Below are positions 17,471 through 26,867 of a DNA stretch of 59,978 bases, one piece after another (position 1 is the stretch's first letter; each line of letters starts with the position of its first letter). Origin of the DNA: an uncultured virus (IMG/VR IMGVR_UViG_3300032050_000029). Taxonomy: Duplodnaviria; Heunggongvirae; Uroviricota; Caudoviricetes. Below the pieces are notes generated by a model that did not search any database, was not told where the DNA came from, and saw only the letters and a program-made list of their open reading frames with translations. The position numbers and the translations under genes were made by a program. Location: the IMG/VR virus record IMGVR_UViG_3300032050_000029, positions 62,001 to 121,978 of that record; one strand, 5' to 3'.

Positions 17471-18463
17471 TTAGTTAACGTCAACCGTCCAGCCGTTACC
17501 TTCTAGGACCGCTTTAGCAGCAAGACCAGTTGCGCTAGGAGTAGCATTAGTTCCTCCGTTTAACTCAACATATCCACCTGATACACCGTTTGTAGAAAGA
17601 GCAACTAAGATGTTATCTACCGCTTCTTCCGTTAGGTCACAGTTATATGCATTTACATCATAGCCGCCATTACCTAGAGGTTGACTGCTATCAATAATTA
17701 TCTCGGTTAAATCTGTATTTCCATTAAGATCAAATCCAGTTAATGAAGGTAACATTGATATGTCAAGACTACCTGCAATAAGAGATTGGTCAGCATCAAA
17801 AAATTCAAGATTAACTAATCCTACAAGATCTGGGAATCCACCTGAAAAATCACTATCGTCTACACGAAGCTCAATTAAATTATAGCAACCTGATAAATTA
17901 ACAGAAGTTAATGATGGTGTGTTTGTATCAACAAGATCACAGTCACTTATATCAATATATGTAAGGTTTGTTAAACCAGAAAAATCTACACTTTCTAACG
18001 CATTATAGTCTGCCCTAAATTCTTGTAAATTAGCAAGGGTTTGTAAACGTGATATTGACTTAATAGGTGCATCACCATCACCAGGAAAATTTAATTGTAA
18101 GATTTTTAGAGGATCATCAAAGTATACTTTAACTGTGTAATCGCCAATCTCATCATATGTATGGTTTTCGCTGTAATAGCCACCACCACCTGAATCCACA
18201 TGTACATTACCATCACCCCATTCAATTGTAAATTCAATAGGTTCACCAGTAGAAGTAAAATCAAATTCAAAGTAAGTACTGTCAAAGGTATTTACTACAA
18301 ATTCCAATGAAGGTGTTCTACCACCCCCACCGCTACTTGAGTCTCCGGTTGCAGCAACAGCTGACATATTTCTAACCGCTTCTTGTAATGCCTGTGTTCT
18401 AATTTCAGAAAAAGCAGCCTGGCTCTTTGCCTGAATATCTTTAAGAATTTGTTGTCTATCCAT
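17471..18463 (-). CDS. PKD + leucine-rich-repeat protein
   Basis: IEWGDG..HTY..GDYTVKV followed by LxxLxxL repeats. Confidence 0.7.
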   Translation of the reverse strand: MDRQQILKDIQAKSQAAFSEIRTQALQEAVRNMSAVAATGDSSSGGGGRTPSLEFVVNTFDSTYFEFDFTSTGEPIEFTIEWGDGNVHVDSGGGGYYSENHTYDEIGDYTVKVYFDDPLKILQLNFPGDGDAPIKSISRLQTLANLQEFRADYNALESVDFSGLTNLTYIDISDCDLVDTNTPSLTSVNLSGCYNLIELRVDDSDFSGGFPDLVGLVNLEFFDADQSLIAGSLDISMLPSLTGFDLNGNTDLTEIIIDSSQPLGNGGYDVNAYNCDLTEEAVDNILVALSTNGVSGGYVELNGGTNATPSATGLAAKAVLEGNGWTVDVN

Positions 18464-18487
18464 TATCTTTTGTCTTTATTTATATAT

Positions 18488-18730
18488 TTAGAATCTTGGC
18501 ATACTTATCTTAGGCATAGAAGGTTGCTTATAACTAGACATATTTTTATTCATATTGGTAGCATTTTTCTGCATTCCAGCTATGTTATACTTATCTTCAG
18601 CATCTTGATTTTGTTTCTTTTCTTCATCATTACGTTCTTTAATGATGTCATTATAGATTTCAAGAGTATACTCAAATTCATAATATGGAAGCATGTCCAG
18701 CTCGGTAGGCTGAACATGCAATTTTTCCAT
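18488..18730 (-). CDS. Baseplate hub assembly (gp51-like)/tail chaperone downstream ORF
   Basis: TELDMLPYYE pattern; frame is open upstream of the ATG and overlaps the previous gene. Confidence 0.5.
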   Translation of the reverse strand: MEKLHVQPTELDMLPYYEFEYTLEIYNDIIKERNDEEKKQNQDAEDKYNIAGMQKNATNMNKNMSSYKQPSMPKISMPRF

Positions 18731-18746
18731 AAGTAATACCCTGATC

Positions 18747-19739
18747 TTATAGAAGTTCAGAAGAGATATCTTGAATAATGAACAGAGATTTGATTCCGCC
18801 GGGAAAGGAAAGCGGAACTGTGACCTCCGCGCCACAAGATTGACATGGGTAAACAAATTCAGGCTTAATACCTATTTTCATTTTTTCCACCAATCTAAAA
18901 ATTATTGAATATTTACCAGAATCCCATCCTTGGAATGATGTCATAGCAGAGAAGATTTGCTTTTCATCAAATCCTCGCCATTCTCTTTGCACATAAGGAA
19001 GTATACCAAGAGAAGATTTATCCCACGATTTATTTTCTTCCTCTCTCTTTCTTGCCCAATCAGTAATAGCTCTCATAACACCAATTGTAGGTGGTGCTAA
19101 TACTAATTCACCGTGGCTTTTGGTTGGAATAGTGTAGCATTTATTTACAGAATCATAATACTTTTCAATAAGATCATCTACTTCATTAAACTGAAGATTG
19201 GCTGTTTTTAATTCTACACTATCCTGTGACTTACATGAACCTGAAGTACATTTCTTTTTACCTACTGGCATCATTAATTTAGCTTCACCATTTTTGAATG
19301 TAAGCTCTCTGATTGAAAGTAAAACATAAATACGGTCTTCTTCAAGAATATCACGATATGATCCTCTTTGGTTACCGTACATAATTTTAGTACAGCCTAC
19401 AAGAATAGAATTTAGTTTTTCATCTACGTCTCTAATGTTTTCTTCATCGATTGTAGAGAAATCTCTAATCTCACCAACTCTTGCAGCTCTAATATGAATT
19501 TCAAAATCTTCACGATAAAATTTACCAGCAGAAGGAAGATTTCCTAAATCTAACTTCATATAACCGGTTAACTCCTGAATTCTTCTAATCTCAGGATCGT
19601 CTGGTGAAGTAAGTCCCATCCCTTTGGTTGGATCAACTTTACCTAAATTTGTAATTTTACCATCATTAACTACTGTTGCTGGTTGAATGCCTTCTGCTGC
19701 TTCAAACTCTTTTTTGATATTTTCTTCGTGATTACTCAT
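18747..19739 (-). CDS. Baseplate hub/tail assembly protein (gp26-like)
   Basis: LPSAGKFY, DRIYVLLSIR, C-terminal CQSCG. Confidence 0.6.
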   Translation of the reverse strand: MSNHEENIKKEFEAAEGIQPATVVNDGKITNLGKVDPTKGMGLTSPDDPEIRRIQELTGYMKLDLGNLPSAGKFYREDFEIHIRAARVGEIRDFSTIDEENIRDVDEKLNSILVGCTKIMYGNQRGSYRDILEEDRIYVLLSIRELTFKNGEAKLMMPVGKKKCTSGSCKSQDSVELKTANLQFNEVDDLIEKYYDSVNKCYTIPTKSHGELVLAPPTIGVMRAITDWARKREEENKSWDKSSLGILPYVQREWRGFDEKQIFSAMTSFQGWDSGKYSIIFRLVEKMKIGIKPEFVYPCQSCGAEVTVPLSFPGGIKSLFIIQDISSELL

Positions 19740-19740
19740 G

Positions 19741-20211
19741 TTATTTGTTTTTTGTTAATTGTTTTTCTGGTGTAGTTTCTTCTACAATATGTTCAACAAT
19801 AATGTTTCTAACATATCTTGAGATAGGAATTGGCCTAATACCAGATTCCATTGATTTTTGAATGATAATAGTATTTAAGTTATCTTCATCCTCAGGTGTT
19901 AAAAGAACTTGTAATTTTTTTGTCAATTTCTTTTTTTGAGGAATCATTTCCTGTACGCTTTCATTATATCCAAATTTAGGATTGTCAGATTTGAATTTTT
20001 TAATCCAAAATTCAACCCGGTCCATTACAATACCTAAAGATTCTTCTTCATCAAATCTTTCTAACACATCTCTCTTAAAGGATGTTGTGCCAAAATCCTT
20101 TACGGCTCTCTTAATGTATTTTCCGGTACCTAAATTATTAGGATTATCATTAACTGCATATCCCACATAGGTTTTCCCATTGGATATATTTTCTACTTTA
20201 AATATAATCAT
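19741..20211 (-). CDS. GIY-YIG-like domain fused to a putative ribbon-helix-helix
   Basis: IIFKVENISNGKTYVG..GYN; C-terminal LQVLLT..ISRYVRNII. Confidence 0.6.
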   Translation of the reverse strand: MIIFKVENISNGKTYVGYAVNDNPNNLGTGKYIKRAVKDFGTTSFKRDVLERFDEEESLGIVMDRVEFWIKKFKSDNPKFGYNESVQEMIPQKKKLTKKLQVLLTPEDEDNLNTIIIQKSMESGIRPIPISRYVRNIIVEHIVEETTPEKQLTKNK

Positions 20212-20255
20212 GATCTATAGATTATGTATTCTATATTATATATTAGAGATAAGAC

Positions 20256-20283
20256 AAAAAAACTGGCCCTAAGGCCAGTTTTT
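20256..20283 (-). terminator. Intrinsic terminator after tail tube
   Basis: AACTGGCC hairpin flanked by A/T tracts. Confidence 0.8.
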
Positions 20284-20298
20284 GTTAAATGTTTAGAT

Positions 20299-20862
20299 TT
20301 AGTTATTTGGAGCTCCAACGTTTTCTTCAACCCAATGGTCACAACGATAAGTCATTGATAACTGGGCAGCATCGGCTGTTCCATAATCAAGTGCATCAAT
20401 AAAATCAGGTGCACCAGTTGGGAAGATGTCCTTACAAGTAATCTTTCTGAAGATATCCCCTGCACGGTTATATTGAACAATGATCATGCTTCCTACATAG
20501 TCTTTCTTTAATCCCATTTCACCAGTCAATGGATCGTAGATTAATTTATACCAGTTTCTCATGGTATTGTAAATGTAGTTTTCATTTGCATCATTTAGAT
20601 TCAGTGTAAACGCGATAGTAAGATCTACGAAAGTCTGACCAGGCATACCTGCAAAAGAACGATCTGCAAATTTATATTTTTGACCAATTGCATCTACTGA
20701 AGGATTTAATGCATTTAAACCTCCAACAGATATAACATGTTCAAGGATCAAACCAGTATCATCACCATTTGGGGTAAAGAGTGTTACCTCAAATAGGTTA
20801 GGCTGAATAGGTTCGTATCTGTTATTACTTGCCCTTGATTGAGTGTAATGTGGTAATGGCAT
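20299..20862 (-). CDS. gp19: Tail tube protein
   Basis: Follows sheath; NLFEV..WYKLI..KKDY..DIFPT..LDY pattern. Confidence 0.8.
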   Translation of the reverse strand: MPLPHYTQSRASNNRYEPIQPNLFEVTLFTPNGDDTGLILEHVISVGGLNALNPSVDAIGQKYKFADRSFAGMPGQTFVDLTIAFTLNLNDANENYIYNTMRNWYKLIYDPLTGEMGLKKDYVGSMIIVQYNRAGDIFRKITCKDIFPTGAPDFIDALDYGTADAAQLSMTYRCDHWVEENVGAPNN

Positions 20863-20902
20863 AGTTTAACTTATTTTTTTATTTATTCTTTCTTTATTTC
20901 TT

Positions 20903-23900
20903 TTATTGGAAGTTTCCTGAACTAATTGCTCCAGTTCTTAAAATAGTGGTTCTTTGAACCAAAATTTCCATTCCTCTTACTGGTTCAATATAAGTATCTA
21001 GGATACCAACATTTTGATCAATAACTTCCGGCGTATTATTAGTTTCATCCATTACGTTTCTGAAGTCATATACACCATCATCGTTTTGGACCGTTGATAA
21101 GAAGTTATCAGCAAGAGTTTTAATTTCCAATCTTGTTTGAGCAGTATTGAACTCAAATAAGTAATTCTTAAGAATTGCCTCAATACCATCCTGGATGTAA
21201 ATAACAACCTCTCTCACATTAATTGAACTTAATGCAGATTTAGGAGTTTGTTGAGCAGTTTTATTTGCAAAGATAGTTGGACCAGTTCCACTTTGGAAAA
21301 TGATTGGATTCAATCCAAATGGTTCTAAGTATTCTCTATCTGATAGGTCAAGATTAATTTCTAATCCTACCACACCAGTTCCACCTACAACACCTCTACG
21401 AACACCTGCAACCAAAGACCAAGGTAATGCATTTTCATACTTTGCAATAAAGTTATTTGATACATAAGCAGCAGGAGGAACGTTAATGTTCTTTCCTAAA
21501 TCCCTTACAGTAATAAAAGGATAATAGAATCCACCCCAGCTTCCACCTTGAGTAGATGCAGGCAATGAGTATCTAACTGTTGGGTTCTTAGAAAGATCAC
21601 CACCTGTAGAAATAAATCTAGATGATAAGGCTCCAGTTGCATCCACGAATGAAGGGTCTACGTTAGCCTTAAAGTCTTTTGCAGAAGGTGCATTAATAAT
21701 TGCAAATGCATTCTTTCTAGTTTGACATAAGTTAGTATAGATTGACTTAGATCCACTTTCAATACCGTTTCCAAAAGTATCAATTAAGTAACGGAAGTTA
21801 ATAGTTTCTCTATCAGTTAATGCTTTAAATAAATTTGTTCCACTTAATGTTCCATTAAGAATAGCATTCTGACGATCATTGGTTCCGTTAGGTACGTGTT
21901 TATTAACATCCAATACAAATCCGTCAAGAGTAAAGATGTTTAGGTAATCAACCCAAGTATCAATTGGGTAATAAAGTTCAACCTTCTTAATAGAATTTAC
22001 AGTAGTAACGTTAATTTCAGATTGACATGTCACAAGTAATGCAGTAGTTCCTACTGGGATAGTAGGGAATTCATTATTCGTTTTACCACCTTGAACTTGA
22101 TTAATTCTAGTTAATCTAGAGTGAGGTACTGAAACATTACCTTCAAAATGTAAAAGATAATTTCCTACAACCACAGTAGAAGCATCAGGGTTAGTTGATG
22201 CAATAAGTACCTGGTTAGGTTTAAGAAGTGGTTCAGTTGAAGAATCTGATATAATATCGATTGAACGATTAAGAGATCCTTTAAGTGTTTGGATATCTAA
22301 CGTGTTTAATCCAACAGAGCCTCCGTTTGAATTTAAGAAGTATCCTGTACCGCTATCCATATTAAACTGAGATCTTGGAGTAACGTTTACAAAAGTATCT
22401 TGTTGATAAGGAGTTATTCTAACACCTGGTATGTAATATGCAGGGTCAGAGATTGCAAACTTAGTACTTACTGTAGCAGGTACACCAGTATGAATAAATC
22501 CGTAACTAGTAGCATTAAATACTAGGTAAGATGTATATTCATTACCAGAGATTTCCCATACTGCTTCATCACCATCAGTAAGAGTTCCGTTAGAGAATGA
22601 ACTGTAAAGAGCACTTCCGTAAGAACCAATGATATTAGCATTAGTATTTGAAGTTTCAAATTCATGAACGGTAAAACCTAAGTCTTCTTCATTTACATAA
22701 GTATATGTAGTTCCTAATGATGTTGGAAAATCACCAGATACAATTCCACCTACTCCTGATAAAACAACAGTAACAACGGTATTGGTAACATTCACAGAAA
22801 GTACAGGAACATACTTATTGCTAATTGCACCTTTAATGTAAGAACCTACTGTTGTAGGAGAGTTAGCAGACATACTTGCGAATGCATCATATAAAGGATT
22901 ACCCGCAGATCCAATTACTGAGATCTGAATATTTCCTCCTGTTAAAGTATTAACAGATACTATGTCACCTGTTGCAATAGTTGCTAGGTTTACACCTTGT
23001 GCAGCTCTTGCATAAGGAAGGTCAGCCACAATTGCTTCGCTATATGAAAGGAAATTAACATCATCCTGAATACCAGTAGCCTGAGTATATTCGATGTTAT
23101 GTCCAATTAGGTCAATACCACCTTTTACACCATCGATTAGAAAATCTCCACTGAAGAGATCTTCATTCACAGCGCAGAATAATCCGGTTGTAGCAGTATC
23201 AGCATTGATTAATTTCTCAATGAATAAGTTATTACCAAGTAAATCTACAAAATCAGGAATTAAACATGCAGTGTAAGTTGCAATTAGGTTTACTTCTGAT
23301 TCATTAAAGAATTCTTGTAATTTAGTATCGGTTGTGTCAGATGCAAATTTCTTTCTCTCAATACCTTTAGTTGGATTAAAATATTGTTGGAATGTAGGAT
23401 CGGCAGTAAATCTGTCATAAGGTGTAGCAGAACCGAAGTTTCCACCAAAGTTACCTTCAATGACAAATACATCTACCATAAAGTCAGAGATTAAACTGTC
23501 TTTATCTAAGAAACCAGGAACATTTGCAGTTCCGTACCATTCTTCAACAGTAACATTAAAGCTTGCAACATTATCGTTTGCAGCTTTTCTAACAATTATT
23601 GATATTGGATTTTGACCTAAGTTAACAAAATCTAAAAGATCATTAGTAGTTAGAGAGCTTAATACATTTCTGTTTGCTCCAACGTTATCTAGGAATGCAT
23701 CACTATCAGGGAAAAAGAATTTATCCCTGTTGTAAAATTTTTGATATTCTCCAGAAGCACCTGCATTATTTTGAGCTTCCGGTGTAGCAGCAGTACCTAA
23801 CTTAATGTAGTCTACATCGTCGTTTGAGTCTAATGCTAAAAGGTTAAGGGCTAAAATTGGTCCTCTTTCTAATGCAGCTAAGCAGCTTCTATGAAAGTAT

Positions 23901-24118
23901 GAATCCTTTCTTTCGAGGTTTCTGTCAATATCTCCAAATACTTGCTTAAAAAATGCAGTATCCGGTACAAAAACTGGGGTATTAAAAGGACCTTTCTTAG
24001 AAAAACCAACAATTAATCTTGTTTGGTTTGCAGGAATGCTAACAACTTGACTCTTATCAAATTCGAAGCGGTATGTACCTGCGGCTTTAAGAGAAGCGAT
24101 TCTTGGATCTAGTGCCAT
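20903..24118 (-). CDS. gp18: Tail sheath protein (large, with insertions)
   Basis: GFSKKGPFNTP, PWSLVAGVRRG, INVRE, FEFN, DETNNTPEVID. Confidence 0.93.
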   Translation of the reverse strand: MALDPRIASLKAAGTYRFEFDKSQVVSIPANQTRLIVGFSKKGPFNTPVFVPDTAFFKQVFGDIDRNLERKDSYFHRSCLAALERGPILALNLLALDSNDDVDYIKLGTAATPEAQNNAGASGEYQKFYNRDKFFFPDSDAFLDNVGANRNVLSSLTTNDLLDFVNLGQNPISIIVRKAANDNVASFNVTVEEWYGTANVPGFLDKDSLISDFMVDVFVIEGNFGGNFGSATPYDRFTADPTFQQYFNPTKGIERKKFASDTTDTKLQEFFNESEVNLIATYTACLIPDFVDLLGNNLFIEKLINADTATTGLFCAVNEDLFSGDFLIDGVKGGIDLIGHNIEYTQATGIQDDVNFLSYSEAIVADLPYARAAQGVNLATIATGDIVSVNTLTGGNIQISVIGSAGNPLYDAFASMSANSPTTVGSYIKGAISNKYVPVLSVNVTNTVVTVVLSGVGGIVSGDFPTSLGTTYTYVNEEDLGFTVHEFETSNTNANIIGSYGSALYSSFSNGTLTDGDEAVWEISGNEYTSYLVFNATSYGFIHTGVPATVSTKFAISDPAYYIPGVRITPYQQDTFVNVTPRSQFNMDSGTGYFLNSNGGSVGLNTLDIQTLKGSLNRSIDIISDSSTEPLLKPNQVLIASTNPDASTVVVGNYLLHFEGNVSVPHSRLTRINQVQGGKTNNEFPTIPVGTTALLVTCQSEINVTTVNSIKKVELYYPIDTWVDYLNIFTLDGFVLDVNKHVPNGTNDRQNAILNGTLSGTNLFKALTDRETINFRYLIDTFGNGIESGSKSIYTNLCQTRKNAFAIINAPSAKDFKANVDPSFVDATGALSSRFISTGGDLSKNPTVRYSLPASTQGGSWGGFYYPFITVRDLGKNINVPPAAYVSNNFIAKYENALPWSLVAGVRRGVVGGTGVVGLEINLDLSDREYLEPFGLNPIIFQSGTGPTIFANKTAQQTPKSALSSINVREVVIYIQDGIEAILKNYLFEFNTAQTRLEIKTLADNFLSTVQNDDGVYDFRNVMDETNNTPEVIDQNVGILDTYIEPVRGMEILVQRTTILRTGAISSGNFQ

Positions 24119-24174
24119 CTTGTATTATATTTTTTTTATTGCTTTTTTTATATATCCACGGCATAGCCACTTTT

Positions 24175-25992
24175 CTACACAAGATCATAAATATCGTAAT
24201 TGAGATTTCCTCCCTTAGAATCCTTTTCTAAGATCTCATCAATCTTAGTTTGTAGAGATTCTTCTACGGTATCATAAATCTCTTCAACAAAGTCGGAAAA
24301 GTCTAAAGTAAAGAAAAATTCTGAACTATTTATGCTGGTCATTATAAGATCGTCATGACCTAATTGTCCTGCATATGTTCCATTAGGCATCTTTCCAAAC
24401 GTAGAGGCTTCATACACAGTTTTCTTATCTTTAATTACAATTCTATTCTGGGTTATATATTTCTTAAAGTTTTGACAAAAGATAGGTTTATTATCTTTTT
24501 TGATTTTAAGACCAAAGTTTTTAGTTCTTGCATCAATACGATGTTTAAACTTAACAACCATTTCTTCATCAAATTCATTTCTCTGTGGAAAGACAGTTTC
24601 CAGTCTCTTAATTAATTCACCGCCAAACATATTCCACTCGATTATTAGTTTTACGTTTTCTGAATGAAACATATCAAATGATAAAATATAAACAGCTTTT
24701 GCAAATTCTTCTATAGTATGTTCATTACTTCTAAATCTTCCTATTTGTCTAAGTCTAAAAAAGTCTACAAACGACCCAGGCGAGGTTATCTTTTTCCAGT
24801 CCTGCTCATCCATGATTTCAATCTTAAAGATATTTATAATTGAATAGTCACCACCATTTCCTTCTGCAATATCAATTGAAAAGACCCAATAATTTGTATC
24901 TTCTTCAATTTCATCAAGATTAAAATCAGGATCCCATAATAAGCCTGCATACTCAATGTTCTCATCCTCAAATTCAGGAATCTCTTTATGAATAAATTCT
25001 TTTTGGTTTTGTTGAAGCTTTTTAAGACTATCTGCGCCTAATAAGAGAGAAGAACTTGCTATAAACTGATTTCCGTATTGTCTATTAAAAGCCTCCTCTG
25101 AACCAAGGTTAGCAACTTCTTGCCTCATCCATGCCTCGTCTCTACCAGGAACATCCCACCAGTCAACCCTAAACGGTGAATATTCATTTAATCCTTTTTC
25201 TGCAGATGAGTAAATATCATAAAACTTATTAAATCCGTTCGGTGTACTTGTAATAATTACCTTTGAATTTGAAGAAGCAGATACAGTAGGATAAACGTTT
25301 TCATAAAATGTTTCCACGAAGTTCTGTGGGATGTGAGCGAACTCATCCATAAACAGTAAGTGAATTGTAAAACCAATTGCGGCTTTCTTTGTAGTGGTTT
25401 GACCAATAATACGACAGCCATTATCAAACTTGGAATTAAATACATCCCATTTAATAACACCAGGCTTTAAGAAAAACGGTAAGTGTTCAAGAATCGTTTT
25501 TCCTTTATCAATAATTTCACGAGTGGTAGCCCCTTTGTTTGAAAGTACAAGAGAATTCTTATCAAAATTAAATAAAGAGTACCATGCAATAAAAATTGAT
25601 GAGCAAATTGTTTTACCAATCTGACGAGATGCTAAACAACAATTAAATCTTTCCTTTTGAAATTGTCTTAACATCTCTTCCTGATATCCTCTTAACTTAA
25701 TTGTCTGAAGACCATGATCGGTCATTACGGTACAATAAGTATTTGCAAAATAAACAATATCAGTTGCGCATTTCTTTATTTCTCTAATCTCATGCGGTGT
25801 ATAATTAAAAACTATGTTTCCCTTCCTAAGATTAGAATTACCTTCATAGAAAGGAGTTGCTTTAGGTTTATACCCTTCCTCTAATGCAAGCATAAGTTGT
25901 TCAACCTTTTCTGATGTCCATGAAAAGGATTCTTCTGCAGCGCCAATCTTAAACTCAAATCCTGCGCTTTCTGCTCTAGGTTTCTGTGCCAT
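24175..25992 (-). CDS. gp17: Terminase large subunit
   Basis: SRQIGKT, MDEFAH, ITSTPNG, DIAEG..DYS, HDDL. Confidence 0.95.
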   Translation of the reverse strand: MAQKPRAESAGFEFKIGAAEESFSWTSEKVEQLMLALEEGYKPKATPFYEGNSNLRKGNIVFNYTPHEIREIKKCATDIVYFANTYCTVMTDHGLQTIKLRGYQEEMLRQFQKERFNCCLASRQIGKTICSSIFIAWYSLFNFDKNSLVLSNKGATTREIIDKGKTILEHLPFFLKPGVIKWDVFNSKFDNGCRIIGQTTTKKAAIGFTIHLLFMDEFAHIPQNFVETFYENVYPTVSASSNSKVIITSTPNGFNKFYDIYSSAEKGLNEYSPFRVDWWDVPGRDEAWMRQEVANLGSEEAFNRQYGNQFIASSSLLLGADSLKKLQQNQKEFIHKEIPEFEDENIEYAGLLWDPDFNLDEIEEDTNYWVFSIDIAEGNGGDYSIINIFKIEIMDEQDWKKITSPGSFVDFFRLRQIGRFRSNEHTIEEFAKAVYILSFDMFHSENVKLIIEWNMFGGELIKRLETVFPQRNEFDEEMVVKFKHRIDARTKNFGLKIKKDNKPIFCQNFKKYITQNRIVIKDKKTVYEASTFGKMPNGTYAGQLGHDDLIMTSINSSEFFFTLDFSDFVEEIYDTVEESLQTKIDEILEKDSKGGNLNYDIYDLV

Positions 25993-26248
25993 CTTCTTCT
26001 ATTATAGCTAAGATATGATTTTCATGTAGAGCTTCGTATTCTTCTCCGTCTATATTAAAAATCGTACCCTTACCAATTGTTTTTATGATTGTATGCCCAT
26101 CTCTAACATCTTCGGATGAGGACTTAATTACAATACATTTACGATTATACTTTTCGGTTGGAAGTATAATTCCACCTTCGGTTACTTTTTCTTCTATGAT
26201 CTCTTTTGTAAGAACATAGTTATTCTTCAGTTTGATCTGCATCGACAT
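25976..26248 (-). CDS. groES: GroES-like co-chaperonin
   Basis: EKVTEGGIILP mobile loop; IDGEEY..ENHILAII. Confidence 0.8.
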   Translation of the reverse strand: MSMQIKLKNNYVLTKEIIEEKVTEGGIILPTEKYNRKCIVIKSSSEDVRDGHTIIKTIGKGTIFNIDGEEYEALHENHILAIIEEDGTET

Positions 26249-26837
26249 CTTGTATATCTTCTTCGTTAATACTATCTTGTAAGGCTCTCATAAGATCCTT
26301 AGTTCCTCTTGCCTTAACACCAGTGTTACCGGATTTCTTTTGAGCAGTATCAGTATTAGCACCCCCATGATAAACATCAATATCCCTGGAAAGCTTTTTA
26401 GCATTCTCTTCAATTGCAACCATATACATGGTTTGACTTTTAATGATATCTAAAAGTGTTCTCTGTAGGTCGCTAAGTACTTCAAACATTCTAGGCGAAA
26501 CGTCACCTTCATTAATAGTATCCATTAATGTTGAAATTGCAGTTTCACTATTTTGCATTTGGCGAATAAGCATACCTAATGCATATTCATCTAGCTCTGC
26601 TTTAACCTTAATGTATTCATGCTCCTCAATAATCTCTTCACTTAAATAGAACTTAAGAAGATTATTCATAACCCGCTGGGCCTTATTCTTTGCGGTTTGT
26701 AATGCAACAGCTTGTGTTCCTTCTGCTCTAACCTTTGGTAATTGTGGGGTATCTTCTAAACCAGGTACCTCATCAGGTAAATCATTTAATAAGTCTCCAA
26801 GGCTATCTCTAAATTTATGTTTAGAATCTTCTTTCAT
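26220..26837 (-). CDS. Hypothetical protein (possible terminase small subunit)
   Basis: Helical; SPRMFEV motif and GTKDLM tail; upstream of the terminase. Confidence 0.45.
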   Translation of the reverse strand: MKEDSKHKFRDSLGDLLNDLPDEVPGLEDTPQLPKVRAEGTQAVALQTAKNKAQRVMNNLLKFYLSEEIIEEHEYIKVKAELDEYALGMLIRQMQNSETAISTLMDTINEGDVSPRMFEVLSDLQRTLLDIIKSQTMYMVAIEENAKKLSRDIDVYHGGANTDTAQKKSGNTGVKARGTKDLMRALQDSINEEDIQDVDADQTEE

Positions 26838-26867
26838 TAATCCTTAATTTAGATTATATATTCTAGC

